Below, piece by piece: positions 1 through 10,445 of a stretch of 64,000 bases of DNA. The translations under genes were made by a program, and so were the position numbers. The notes below the pieces were generated by a model, which was given only the letters and a program-made list of their open reading frames with translations, ran no database searches and was not told the origin of the DNA. The stretch is from Candidatus Jorgensenbacteria bacterium. Its GTDB lineage: Bacteria > Patescibacteriota > Minisyncoccia > UBA6257 > GWB1-50-10. Numbering within the stretch: the first letter of the stretch is position 1; every line of letters starts with the position of its first letter. The stretch is taken from NCBI GenBank assembly GCA_030648515.1, contig JAUSHK010000005.1, positions 162,895-226,894 on the forward strand. The letters run 5' to 3'.

Positions 1-696
1 AGTTCTTTTGTAACTTCCCGTACGAGGGTTTTTACATCAAGCGATGCGAGAATTTTCCGGATTGCGCCAGCGCCGCGGTCAGCTTCAAAAACATCGCCAA
101 AACGTTCCGCGAGCGTGAAGTATTCGGTTTCCGTGATGATGAGGCCTGGGCGCAATGCCGCGACAACCTCCTGCAATTTCTTCATTTTTTCCGCAAGCTC
201 CTCAACATTCGCGTCTTTCTCACTCCTCAATGATTTGAATTCCTTTGCAAGAGCGTCCAAGGCGCGTTTTCTGTTTTCCACATTCACCGATGTCACAATA
301 TATGCCGCGTAATAAATTACTTTTTCAAGTTTAGAAACCGAAAGGTCAAGCATGAGACCGAGTTTTGATGGGACCGTGCGGAGGAACCAAATATGCGCGA
401 CAGGAGTCGCGAGATTAATGTGCCCCATCCGTTCGCGGCGCACGATTGCGCGAGTAACTTCAACGCCGCACTTTTCGCACGTCACTCCCTTGTACCGAAC
501 TTTTTTATATTTTCCGCAGTAGCACTCATAATCTTTTGTCGGACCGAAAATGCGCTCGGAAAACAATCCATCTTTTTCTGGGCGCTGCGTGCGATAGTTC
601 AGTGTTTCAGCTTTTAAGACTTCGCCGTGCGACCACCCGATAATATCCTCTGGTGAGGCGAGTTTAATTGAAACGAATGCTGCTTTTTCTGTATTA
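1..696 (-). CDS. rpoC: DNA-directed RNA polymerase subunit beta-prime, N-terminal part (continues past window start)
   Basis: Reverse-strand translation from 696 gives [24 protein letters not shown]...[19 protein letters not shown]...CEKCGVEV (beta-prime N-terminal zinc-binding region). It lies immediately downstream of rpoB on the same strand. Confidence 0.85.
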
Positions 697-708
697 TTTT
701 CCATACAA

Positions 709-3700
709 TTATTTTTCTAAATCACTTAACCGGTCCTCAAGTTCGCCGTGATATTGGACATCAAGGCCGAGCGACTTTAATTCTGAAACGAGAACATTGA
801 AGGAAGCGGGGATGTTCGGCTTTTTAATATCATTCCCGCGGATAATCGCCTCAAACGCCGCGGAGCGCCCGAGAATATCATCCGATTTAATGGTGAGCAT
901 TTCCTGCAACGTGTGCGCGGCGCCGTATCCTTCAAGCGCCCACACTTCCATTTCGCCGAAACGCTGTCCGCCCAGCTGCGCCTTTCCACCCAACGGTTGC
1001 TGCGTAATCAGGGAGTACGGACCCGTTGACCGCATATGAAGCTTGTCTTCAACAAGATGGTTCAGTTTCATAACGTAGATGTACCCGACCATGACCGGCT
1101 CGCGGAACGGCTTTCCCGTCATACCATCAAGCACGGTGAGTTTTCCAGATTCAGGAAAACCTGCAGCAACAAGTTCTTCTTTAATATCCTCTTCGGTTGG
1201 TCCCACGAAGTTCGGGACGACGGCGCGATATTTTAATGCGTTTGCCGCAAGCCCCAAGTGCGTTTCAAGAACCTGACCGAGGTTCATACGAGAAGCGATA
1301 CCAAGCGGGTTTAAGACAACATCAACTGGAGTCCCGTCTTCAAGATATGGCATATCTTCAACAGGGCGGATTTGCGAAATAACACCTTTGTTTCCGTGGC
1401 GGCCAGCAAGTTTGTCGCCGGCGCGGATTTTCCGGAGCTGGGCAACTTCAACCTGAATCTTTTTAATAATGCCTGGCTCAAGCTTGTCGGCTTTGTCGCG
1501 CGAGAAAATTTTAATTCCGATTACCCGCCCCTGTTTGCCGTTCGGCATGGTGAGCGACGTATCTTTAATGTCGCGCGCTTTTTCACCGAAAATTGCGCGA
1601 AGTAAACGTTCCTCAGAACTTAATTCTGACTCGCCTTTTGGTGAAATTTTCCCGACGATAATGTCGCCTGTGCGAAGTTCCGCGCCTATGCGCACAATGC
1701 CTTCTTCATCAAGATTGCGAAGCTTGTCCTCTGAAACATTCGGAATGTCAGGTGTTGTGATTTCGGGGCCAAGTTTTGTTTCGCGCACCGAGCAGGTATA
1801 CGTTTCAATATGAATAGATGTAAAGAAATCTTCGCGCGCAACGCGTTCCGAAAGAACAATGGCGTCTTCAAAATTAGCGCCGCGCCACGGTAGAAACGCG
1901 ACGAGAAGATTCTGCCCCAAGGCAAGAACTCCTTTTTGCGTTGCCGGCCCGTCTGCAAGCACGGTTCCTTTTGAAACTTTATCTCCCACCGAAACAACCG
2001 GCCGCTGAGAAATGCACGTTGATTGATTGGAGCGCTGGAATTTGAGAAGCGGGAATTTTTTAGCTCCGCCCGCGGTTTTCACCGTAACACTGCGTCCGTC
2101 AACTTCAGACACGGAACCCGAAACATCTGAAATTACAACTTGCTGGGAATCGCGCGCAGCGATTTCTTCAAGCCCAGTGCCAACAAGCGGCGCCCGCGGA
2201 CGTATTGACGGAACTGCCTGACGTTGCATGTTCGCGCCCATCAGTGCCCTGTTTGCGTCGTCATGCTCAAGGAATGGAATCAAGGATGTCGCGACGCTGA
2301 TAATTTGGTCAGGGGAAACGTCAATCAAGTCAAGGTCTTCACGGGAACAAGTTCCCGGCGCTCCTTTTATGCGCGCAGGAATTACTGATTCTTCAATATG
2401 CCCTTTTTCATCAATTTTAATGTCCGATTGGGCGATGTTATATTCCTCTTCGGCAATCGCATCAAGCCAAACAGAGTCGGATGTAACCACGCCTTTCTTT
2501 ACTTTGAAATATGGCGTCTCAAGAAAACCCATATCGTTCACGCGGCTGAAGTTTGCGAGATAACTAACAAGACCAATGTTCGCGCCCTCAGGGGTCTGAA
2601 TCGGACAGATTCTTCCATAGTATGAAGGGTGCACATCGCGAACTTCAAAGCCGGCGCGCTCGCGGGTAAGACCTCCAGGTCCCATCGCGGAAAGGCGCCG
2701 TTTGTGCTCAAGCTCCGCAAGCGGATTCACCTGATCCATAAATTGCGAAAGCTGGGATGATGAGAAGAAATCGCGGACGACAGCCGTAAGAAGCTTGTAG
2801 TTTACAAGCTGAACCGGCTGGAGTGATATTCGTTCTAATGTTGACATACGGTCCTGCACGCCGCGGCGTAGACGGGCAAAACCGATGCGAAGGCGGGTTT
2901 GGACCAATTCGCCCACCGCACGAATTCGGCGGTTACCAAGGTGGTCAATGTCATCCGGCTCGGCAATCGGAGTATTATTCAAATGGATAATTTCCCGAAT
3001 GAGCGCGATAAGATCGTCTTTATTAAGCAATCCGTCTTTCTTTTCTTTTATCTCGAGGCGCTGGTTATATTTGTACCTTCCGACAGGACTCAGATCGTAT
3101 CGGTCAAAGCGCATGAACATCCCTTCGATGAGCGCCTTTGCATTTTCAACAGTTGTAAGGTCGCCTGGACGAAGACGGGCATGGACACCGAGAAACGACT
3201 CGTCTGCATTTTTTGCATCATCCTTCTTAAGCGTCGCTTGGATGTATTTCACTTCTCCGACATCAATATCCGCGAAAGCTTTTATAATATCTTCGTGCTC
3301 CGTAAGGCCGAACACGCGCAGAAGCTGTGTTATCGGGGCTTTGCGCTTTCGGTCAATTTTGACACCGATAAATCCGTCCGATTCTGTTTCTATTTCAAGC
3401 CATGCGCCACGGTTCGGAATTACTTTTGCGCCGAAAAGTTTTCTTCCGCGAAAAACGTTTGCGGTAAAGTAGGCGCCCGGCGAGCGCATCAACTGGGAAA
3501 TCACCACGCGCTCAACGCCGTTTACAATGAAGGTCCCGCGTTTCGTCATCATTGGGAAATCGCCGAGATAAACTTCCTGAGTTTTCGCCTGTTTTGTACG
3601 TTTATCGGTAAGGCGTAAATCTACGCGAAGCGCGGCCTCGTAGGTCTGGTCTTTTTCTTTTGTCTGTTCCTCGGTATACTTCGGCGGATCAAACTTATAA

Positions 3701-3885
3701 TCCATGAACGAGAGCTCCATTTCTTTGCCGGTATGGTCTTTAATCGGCGAAATTTCATCAAAAAGCTCTCGAAGCCCTTTCTTAATAAACCACTCGTAGG
3801 AAGCTCGCTGAATTTCAATCAGATCGAGACTTGGAAATTTCGGCCCTTTGTATGAAGAAAATATTTTTGGTTTAAACATTAACAT
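709..3885 (-). CDS. rpoB: DNA-directed RNA polymerase subunit beta
   Basis: 1058-aa ORF with hallmark rpoB motifs ([37 protein letters not shown]). Stop is TAA. Confidence 0.95.
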   Translation of the reverse strand: MLMFKPKIFSSYKGPKFPSLDLIEIQRASYEWFIKKGLRELFDEISPIKDHTGKEMELSFMDYKFDPPKYTEEQTKEKDQTYEAALRVDLRLTDKRTKQAKTQEVYLGDFPMMTKRGTFIVNGVERVVISQLMRSPGAYFTANVFRGRKLFGAKVIPNRGAWLEIETESDGFIGVKIDRKRKAPITQLLRVFGLTEHEDIIKAFADIDVGEVKYIQATLKKDDAKNADESFLGVHARLRPGDLTTVENAKALIEGMFMRFDRYDLSPVGRYKYNQRLEIKEKKDGLLNKDDLIALIREIIHLNNTPIAEPDDIDHLGNRRIRAVGELVQTRLRIGFARLRRGVQDRMSTLERISLQPVQLVNYKLLTAVVRDFFSSSQLSQFMDQVNPLAELEHKRRLSAMGPGGLTRERAGFEVRDVHPSYYGRICPIQTPEGANIGLVSYLANFSRVNDMGFLETPYFKVKKGVVTSDSVWLDAIAEEEYNIAQSDIKIDEKGHIEESVIPARIKGAPGTCSREDLDLIDVSPDQIISVATSLIPFLEHDDANRALMGANMQRQAVPSIRPRAPLVGTGLEEIAARDSQQVVISDVSGSVSEVDGRSVTVKTAGGAKKFPLLKFQRSNQSTCISQRPVVSVGDKVSKGTVLADGPATQKGVLALGQNLLVAFLPWRGANFEDAIVLSERVAREDFFTSIHIETYTCSVRETKLGPEITTPDIPNVSEDKLRNLDEEGIVRIGAELRTGDIIVGKISPKGESELSSEERLLRAIFGEKARDIKDTSLTMPNGKQGRVIGIKIFSRDKADKLEPGIIKKIQVEVAQLRKIRAGDKLAGRHGNKGVISQIRPVEDMPYLEDGTPVDVVLNPLGIASRMNLGQVLETHLGLAANALKYRAVVPNFVGPTEEDIKEELVAAGFPESGKLTVLDGMTGKPFREPVMVGYIYVMKLNHLVEDKLHMRSTGPYSLITQQPLGGKAQLGGQRFGEMEVWALEGYGAAHTLQEMLTIKSDDILGRSAAFEAIIRGNDIKKPNIPASFNVLVSELKSLGLDVQYHGELEDRLSDLEK

Positions 3886-3934
3886 AATTATGAATAAAGT
3901 TGCGCTGATTTAGTTAAAATATTCCTGGCGACGC

Positions 3935-4990
3935 TTACTGATACTTCGACCTATTTTCGTTGTGCCCGTCGAGTGTTTTTGAAAATACAGTTGTTCCGTC
4001 TTTTCCAGTTAAATAATACAAATAGGAAGTCGCCGCCGGATCAATCGCCGCGCGGATTGACGATTGGCCAGGATTTGCGATTGGGGTCGGCGTCCAGCCG
4101 AGACGCTGGTATGTGTTATAGAGCGAAGCAGACGCTAGATCGCCTTTTCCGATTTGGATGTTCTCACAATTTATAAACAGTCCTGAGCATTTTGCATAGC
4201 TTACTGTCGCATCAACCTGGAGTGGCATTTTTATCTTTAGTCGGTTAAAAAGAATGCCAGCTACAATCCGCCTGTCGTCAAAACTTTTTACTTCCCGTTC
4301 AAGATACGAAGCGAGTGTAAGCCGATTGTACCAATCATTCCGCCCATCAAGGAGCGGCCACGCTTTCGCTTTAAAATTATCAAAAAATACTCGGAGCACT
4401 TCTTCAGGCGTTGATTGCAGTTTGAAACGATATGTATCTGGAAAGAGCAGACCCTCCAACGAATTAGCCCCCGCGAGCGGAGGATAATCGATTAAAATCT
4501 TTTGCCATGGGGAAGTAAGAAGCGATGTTTCAAGAACGCCTGAGGCGCGGAGCGTAGTGTCAATATCCTTTGCAGTATACCCTTCCGGAATCGTAACCGT
4601 CACATCGTTTTTGCCACCCTCGGTTAAAACATCAACAATCTGCGGAATGCTCATTGAACGCGAAAGCGTATAAAGCCCGGGTTGGAATTTTTGAGCGCGG
4701 CCGGCGAGTAATGAATAAAATTTAAACACGGTGATTGATCGAATAAGGTTTTGTTGCGATAGGTCCGCCCCGATGCGGCGGAATGTTTCTCCTTTTGTAA
4801 TCTTAAATTGCATGGGAGCTGATGCTGGCGTTGATGTCGCTATCACTTCTCCTTTTACTGACGACATCCCGGCAACCGGCTGTAAACTATAAAAAAAATA
4901 TCCGAGGCAAAGTAGGAAAAATAAAACAAGCCCAAGCCAGCTCAGGAGGCGCATGCTTATCGTCCCTTTTTGTTCAAGCTGAGGATTCAA
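3935..4990 (-). CDS. mltG: endolytic murein transglycosylase MltG/YceG family
   Basis: N-terminal TM segment followed by a YceG-like signature (LTLASYLEREV...ILFNRLKIKMPLQVDATVSY). The true start may be the internal Met (MRLLSW...). Confidence 0.75.
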   Translation of the reverse strand: MNPQLEQKGTISMRLLSWLGLVLFFLLCLGYFFYSLQPVAGMSSVKGEVIATSTPASAPMQFKITKGETFRRIGADLSQQNLIRSITVFKFYSLLAGRAQKFQPGLYTLSRSMSIPQIVDVLTEGGKNDVTVTIPEGYTAKDIDTTLRASGVLETSLLTSPWQKILIDYPPLAGANSLEGLLFPDTYRFKLQSTPEEVLRVFFDNFKAKAWPLLDGRNDWYNRLTLASYLEREVKSFDDRRIVAGILFNRLKIKMPLQVDATVSYAKCSGLFINCENIQIGKGDLASASLYNTYQRLGWTPTPIANPGQSSIRAAIDPAATSYLYYLTGKDGTTVFSKTLDGHNENRSKYQ

Positions 4991-6050
4991 GTCGTGTATG
5001 TTCTATGATACTCACGAGTATCGCCGTCGTCAAGAGGTTCGAACCGCCGTAGCTAAAAAAGGGAAATGTGACCCCCGCCACCGGCACTAGACCGAGATTT
5101 GAGCCTATATTGACGAAAAAATGGACTAGGAAGTACAGAGCGGCACCAAACGAGATTAGTTTAAAATAGTTATCGCGCGCTCCGATTCCAATATGAACTA
5201 TCCTATAGATGATGAAAAGAAAAGTCAAGAGCACCACAACTCCCCCAAGAATGCCCCACTCCTCTACAAAAGCGGCGAAGAGAAAGTCGGTCTGTGCCTC
5301 AGGAAGAAACCGCAGTTGCGTCTGTGTGCCGCTGCCAAATCCTTTTCCAAAAAGTCCCGCTGATCCTATAGCAATCTTTGCCTGAATAACATTGTAGTTC
5401 GCGCCAAGTGGGTCCGCCTGCGGGAAGATAAATCCCGTTATGCGTTCTTTTTGGTACGGCTTCATAAATGACGTCCAGAAAACTGCCACAAGAAGCGCTG
5501 CGAGAAGTACGCCGATTGAAAACCGTTTTATATTTATTCCCGAAACGAGAAGGAAACCGAGCCAGAGGCAAAAGATAATAAACGCGGCGCCGATATCTGG
5601 TTGGGTAATAATGAGCGCGGCGGGCACCGCAAAGTATACTAGTGAAATGAAAATATTCTTGCTTTGCCACGCATCAACATGTCGGCGGGAAAAGAAATGG
5701 GCAAAAATAAAAATGAGCGCGAGTTTTACAAGTTCCCCCGGCTCGTATTGCATCCCACCGAACGAGATCCAGCTTTTTGTCCCGCGAATTGCGCCAGGCA
5801 TAAGATGAGACACAACGAGAAGCGCAATAGCAAACCCGTAGAGCCCATAACGAAACCACGCTTGGCTCCCCAACCACCGCCAGTCAATATAACTGCCTCC
5901 TAAAATGATTGCGAATGCAATTACGTACCACAAAGACTGGCGCATAAAAAGCGTGTTGTTTGAACTTGCAAGCGAAAGTAGGCTAGCCGTCGCGAGGACT
6001 GCGAGCGCTCCGACTAGCATCCAATCAAAATGCCGAAGCCGTAACGTCAT
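4974..6050 (-). CDS. ftsW: SEDS-family peptidoglycan glycosyltransferase FtsW/RodA
   Basis: 358-aa polytopic membrane protein with the FtsW/RodA/SpoVE C-terminal signature (GGSNLLTT, FPFFSYGGS). Confidence 0.8.
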   Translation of the reverse strand: MTLRLRHFDWMLVGALAVLATASLLSLASSNNTLFMRQSLWYVIAFAIILGGSYIDWRWLGSQAWFRYGLYGFAIALLVVSHLMPGAIRGTKSWISFGGMQYEPGELVKLALIFIFAHFFSRRHVDAWQSKNIFISLVYFAVPAALIITQPDIGAAFIIFCLWLGFLLVSGINIKRFSIGVLLAALLVAVFWTSFMKPYQKERITGFIFPQADPLGANYNVIQAKIAIGSAGLFGKGFGSGTQTQLRFLPEAQTDFLFAAFVEEWGILGGVVVLLTFLFIIYRIVHIGIGARDNYFKLISFGAALYFLVHFFVNIGSNLGLVPVAGVTFPFFSYGGSNLLTTAILVSIIEHTRLESSA

Positions 6051-6781
6051 TCTTCGTAAACAAATACCTGCGTTGAAGTGGCGTCAGCCTCTTTTAGAAT
6101 TCCTGAATCGCGCGGAAAGAGAATTACGAATGTCCGTTCTTCAAACGGCGCAAGATTGCCAATGATAGTTTTGGACGCAAAGACATCGTCGCCAAAAGCA
6201 TTTCTCAAAATCGCAACAAGTTTTGTAGTTCCTGCCGCAAGCGAGCTTTCGTTCCGAATATAACCAGTTACTTTTATAGCGTCGTTTTCCACAATTGTCA
6301 TGGGTTCGCGCGAAAGCGTAATGTTAGGCAAGATAACGTCTTTCGCCGCTTCCGTGGTTATATTTGAGAAAGAAACGGCAACGCGCGAAATATCTGAAAC
6401 AAGCGTCGTTATTCCGTTGTCCACAATATATTCTTTTTGTGAAGCAAGAACCCTGCCGTTTCCGGAAACGGATTCAATAACGTACCCCGACACGCCGTAC
6501 ACTGAAAGCGCGTATGAAAAATGTTTGTGATAATCAGCGCTTGGATTTGCAACTTCAAAAAGAACAACGGCTTTTCCTGACTGCATTCCTAAAACTTCCG
6601 GCCCGCGGGAAACACGGAGCGCGTCTGCATTTGATGCGGCGGGCAGACGGACTGTCACGGCCGGATTAGCGGCCGGCGAAGGAGCAAGCACAATTTTATA
6701 TGCAACCGAGACGACGAAAAAAAGTATTACGAGATATAACAACCCATAGAGGATTTGCTTCGATAAACGAGACATATGCAT
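6047..6781 (-). CDS. hypothetical membrane-anchored protein
   Basis: 244-aa ORF with an N-terminal TM helix and a Ser/Val-rich extracytoplasmic body. No recognisable domain. Confidence 0.45.
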   Translation of the reverse strand: MHMSRLSKQILYGLLYLVILFFVVSVAYKIVLAPSPAANPAVTVRLPAASNADALRVSRGPEVLGMQSGKAVVLFEVANPSADYHKHFSYALSVYGVSGYVIESVSGNGRVLASQKEYIVDNGITTLVSDISRVAVSFSNITTEAAKDVILPNITLSREPMTIVENDAIKVTGYIRNESSLAAGTTKLVAILRNAFGDDVFASKTIIGNLAPFEERTFVILFPRDSGILKEADATSTQVFVYEE

Positions 6782-6817
6782 ATAATAGAGCAGTAAACAG
6801 CTCTAGGAAAGGCGTGT

Positions 6818-7552
6818 CTAAACTTTGAAATTCTGAACAATCGTCTTAAACTCCTCCGCCCTAAGACTTGCGCCGCCGACTAAGACTCCATCAATCCCGC
6901 CGCATTTCGCAATTGCGTGGGCGCTTCCACCTGACACTGACCCGCCATACAGCACATCAGGAACATTCTGCGCGCCGAATGTTTTTCTAAACCATTCTTT
7001 TATAAACATCGCCATTGTTTCAATATCATTCGGGGTCGCGGTGTCGCCTGTCCCAATTGCCCAAATCGGCTCATAGGCGACAATGATTGACTTTGCGTGG
7101 CGCGGGACCGCGACGGACTCAAGCCCGCGCTGGAGCTCATGCCTTATAAATTCTTCCGCATGGCGGATTCCCTTTTTCCGAACGTCTTTGTTTTCCCCAA
7201 CGCAAAAAATTACCGAGAGCTTCGCAGTGAGCGCCGCATGTATTTTTTTGTTTACCGTCTCGTCCGTTTCATGAAAATAATTTCTCCGTTCCGAGTGGCC
7301 GACGATAACGAATTTTACACCGAGTTTTACAAGCATCATTGGCGACACTTCGCCGGTGTAGGCGCCGGAGTCAGTCCAAAACACATCTTGCGCTCCAAGT
7401 TTCGCGTGTTTCAAAACATCTTTCACGCGCGAAAGAAATGGAAACGGCGGAACAATAACTACTTTTTTCATATCCGTGCCGCGGGCAAGTTCAGCCGCTT
7501 CCTCAATAGACATCGGATTCATTTTCCAGTTAGCAACGATTATTTTATTCAT
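6818..7552 (-). CDS. tpiA: triosephosphate isomerase
   Basis: NWKMN start motif and AYEPIWAIGTG active-site loop. Stop is TAG. Confidence 0.9.
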   Translation of the reverse strand: MNKIIVANWKMNPMSIEEAAELARGTDMKKVVIVPPFPFLSRVKDVLKHAKLGAQDVFWTDSGAYTGEVSPMMLVKLGVKFVIVGHSERRNYFHETDETVNKKIHAALTAKLSVIFCVGENKDVRKKGIRHAEEFIRHELQRGLESVAVPRHAKSIIVAYEPIWAIGTGDTATPNDIETMAMFIKEWFRKTFGAQNVPDVLYGGSVSGGSAHAIAKCGGIDGVLVGGASLRAEEFKTIVQNFKV

Positions 7553-7566
7553 AATTTGTTTATATT

Positions 7567-9921
7567 TTAACTCTTAAGCCTCTGATATGCTTCCGCTTCA
7601 ACATCTTCGCGCGGGCGGCCATATGCCATACGAGACATTTCGCGCGCGGCTTCCGCCGCTTTCGCGACTCCCTTGGGCGGAAACGGTACGAACATGGTGA
7701 ATGGGGCGGTAACCTCGTTTGCAATGATTAATTTTACATGGGCGTTCAAATTATCGATGTTCACTAAGTTGTGCTCGTCAAAAACCGGCGCAAATTGCTG
7801 TTTCAAAAATTCCGCGTCCTGCGCTCCAACCCGAAAAGCAACGATGGAGCCAACGTTTCCAAAAATAGCGTTCCGGATGTTCTCTTTGAGTTGGGCAATG
7901 AATTGGTGCGCGACCGTGAGGCATAGACGATATTTCCGAGCTTCGGAGAGAATTGTTGAAATACTCGGCGTTGTAAAACTCTGAAACTCGTCAATGTAGA
8001 GGTAAAAATCTTTACGGGATTCCATTGGAATATCCGTGCGCGAAAACGCCGCGAGCGTGAGCTTGCCGACAATAATCATTCCAAGAAGCCCCGCGTTCAG
8101 CTCGCCAATCTTGCCTTTTGAAAGGTTCACGAGAAGGATTTTCTGCTCGTCCATAATTTTCCGAAAGTTAATCGTGCTCTTTGATTGCGAGATGACTGGA
8201 CGGACATAGTCGTTGCCGATAAACGTGTTGAACTTTGAAGTAATGTACGGAACTAGATTTGCAAGCGAAGCTTCTCCTCCGGCTTTCTCCGCCTCTTTTT
8301 CCCAAAAATCTTTTGCAATAGGATTTTTGCATTTTTCAAGTAATCGTTTCCGGAACACCGAATCAGCGAGCACGCGCGGGACATCAAGAATCGTGAATCC
8401 GTCCGAGGGGTCGTCCATAAGCAGAAGAAGCGTGAAGCGAAGGTATTGTTCAAAAATCGGGCCGCCGGTTGTTTTTAAATCGTAGAGCGTGTCAAAGATG
8501 TTCAGCATTTCATTCACAATAAACGTCTTGTGCTCCGGAAACGCGGGGTCGTATTCAAGCATATTGAGTCCGATGGGACGCGCAAGATCTGACGGGTCAA
8601 AAATAATAACGTCCTTTGCGCGGTGTTCGGGAACGCGAGCAAGAACGTCTTCAAAAAGATCTCCATTAGGATCAATCACGCAAACCCCCTCGCCATTTTC
8701 AATATCCTGCCCTGAGAGATTATTTAAAAACACGGATTTTCCGGTGCCGGTCTGACCGATTGCATATAAGTGACGCCGCCTGTCTTCGTGAAGCATCCGC
8801 ACCTTGTGCGCCTGATTGCGAAACCTGTTTTCCCCAAGAACGACGCCTTCTTCTGGCAAATTCGGCGGCGGGGGCACTTCTCTGAACTTCAGATGTTTAA
8901 TTTTTGGAATTGAAGTGAACGGCGTCGGAAAATGAAATATGCTCGCAAGCTCCTCGCTATTTAATGTCATCGCGTCAGCGGCGTTAAATTCGCGAAACGA
9001 GTATTGTCGCACGATATCGCGGGTCTTTTTTGCTTCAACAACTTTAAGCTCGTTCCGTTCCGGCGCACTGAACTGCGAAAATCCTGCAGCGAGTCCTTCA
9101 AGAATGAGGTGCGCCTGATATTCGCTTGGCGCGGATGCAAGCACGCGCACATTCACTTCAAAGAACGGCTTTATAAGCTTTGCTTCAAGTGCTTTTACAA
9201 TCGCTTCTTCAACAATCGGCGGCTCTTTTCTTTCTTCTTTTTTCTCGGGGCTTATCGTCTTTGAAATTTCGTCAAATGTTTTTAATACCGATGATTTTGT
9301 AATTTCTTTAAACTTTTTTCCTTTCCGCATTTCACTTAAGATGCGTCGTACTTCTTTTACAGAAGACGCTTTGGCTGGCCGCGCAATTATTTGAAGCGCT
9401 CCGCCTTCGCCAACTTCGCTTATTTTTGAAAAGCCTCCAAGCATCGGGAGAAAGGTATCGGAATTTGCCTCATTATAGGTGCGAAGCGGGATGCCGAAGA
9501 AATTTTTTTGAACCACCTTAGCAGCGGCAACAGCTCCGGAGTAATTGAAAATATTATAATCTTCGGACGGGCGGACATCCGCCTCTTCCCATAATGCCTG
9601 GATTTGCCGCACAAATGCATCGCTTATTCCTTCCTCAATTGCCGCATAAAAATGAATTTCTTCGCCGACATACGGAACCGCAACCTCAAACGTAAACGGC
9701 TTCCGAAAAGCAGAGAGCGCTCCGAGAAGCTGTTCTGAGCGGGCGATTTCCTGCTTTAATTCTTTTCCTTCTGTTTTTTCCCTCGGAAGCCTGATTAAAA
9801 ACAACTTCAACCCAAGCTGTTCAAAAAGCCGCTTTTTAAACGCGCGGCGGGAGATAAAATACACAACAATGCCGACAAGGACCGCTGAAAAAATTACAAG
9901 GAAGATAAAAAGGAGTGGCAT
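7567..9921 (-). CDS. membrane-anchored FtsK/HerA/VirB4-superfamily ATPase (DUF87/TraD-like)
   Basis: 784-aa protein with an N-terminal TM helix, Walker A (IGQTGTGKS) and a Walker B region (ILLVNLSKGK...CLTVAHQF). It sits next to the pilus genes. Confidence 0.65.
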   Translation of the reverse strand: MPLLFIFLVIFSAVLVGIVVYFISRRAFKKRLFEQLGLKLFLIRLPREKTEGKELKQEIARSEQLLGALSAFRKPFTFEVAVPYVGEEIHFYAAIEEGISDAFVRQIQALWEEADVRPSEDYNIFNYSGAVAAAKVVQKNFFGIPLRTYNEANSDTFLPMLGGFSKISEVGEGGALQIIARPAKASSVKEVRRILSEMRKGKKFKEITKSSVLKTFDEISKTISPEKKEERKEPPIVEEAIVKALEAKLIKPFFEVNVRVLASAPSEYQAHLILEGLAAGFSQFSAPERNELKVVEAKKTRDIVRQYSFREFNAADAMTLNSEELASIFHFPTPFTSIPKIKHLKFREVPPPPNLPEEGVVLGENRFRNQAHKVRMLHEDRRRHLYAIGQTGTGKSVFLNNLSGQDIENGEGVCVIDPNGDLFEDVLARVPEHRAKDVIIFDPSDLARPIGLNMLEYDPAFPEHKTFIVNEMLNIFDTLYDLKTTGGPIFEQYLRFTLLLLMDDPSDGFTILDVPRVLADSVFRKRLLEKCKNPIAKDFWEKEAEKAGGEASLANLVPYITSKFNTFIGNDYVRPVISQSKSTINFRKIMDEQKILLVNLSKGKIGELNAGLLGMIIVGKLTLAAFSRTDIPMESRKDFYLYIDEFQSFTTPSISTILSEARKYRLCLTVAHQFIAQLKENIRNAIFGNVGSIVAFRVGAQDAEFLKQQFAPVFDEHNLVNIDNLNAHVKLIIANEVTAPFTMFVPFPPKGVAKAAEAAREMSRMAYGRPREDVEAEAYQRLKS

Positions 9922-9926
9922 AGGGC

Positions 9927-10340
9927 TTACTTCATCATTCCCCTTTTCTTTAATTCGGGAATAATGTGGTCAATGAGAGCGTCGTGAAACGCATCAAGAA
10001 CGAACGCTGGCCGTTTCACCGCCTCGGACTCCGCCTCAATGATTCCTTTCTGAAACGCGACTGAGATGAGGTGATTTACTTCTTCTTGCGCGGCAACATC
10101 TGATTTTTTTGCCGCCAGGTATGAGGGAAGATTCCCTGTTCCTACCGGGACATTATTTTGAGTCCCCTCCTCTTGCGGACGCGACACCGACTCAACCGCC
10201 CGTCTTATAATTTCCCGTTCCTCTAGACCGCGCGCTTCTGGATTTTCTTTTTGCCGTTCAACTTCGGCCCCTATTTCTCCAAGATGCTTTTCAAACGCTT
10301 CGTTAAAATTTATTTCAGCCATGGAATTATTATAGAACAA
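9927..10340 (-). CDS. hypothetical protein
   Basis: 137-aa acidic ORF, co-directional and tightly packed between the ATPase and the pilin-like gene. No recognisable domain. Confidence 0.4.
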   Translation of the reverse strand: MFYNNSMAEINFNEAFEKHLGEIGAEVERQKENPEARGLEEREIIRRAVESVSRPQEEGTQNNVPVGTGNLPSYLAAKKSDVAAQEEVNHLISVAFQKGIIEAESEAVKRPAFVLDAFHDALIDHIIPELKKRGMMK

Positions 10341-10445
10341 CGGCGTTGAAATGACTAATAAAATTCGAATGGCTCAATGTTCAATCTACCAGCTGGCGGA
10401 CCGAGGGATTACTAGAAGTTAAAAATTGCGTTTTTCTAAAAACGT

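Noticed and set aside
797-3618. Several 60-240-aa ORFs antisense to rpoB (and similar antisense ORFs inside pilB, pyrG, gap and the surface-protein genes)
   Set aside because: Fully embedded in strongly conserved genes on the opposite strand, low-complexity or biased composition, no motifs. Typical shadow ORFs.
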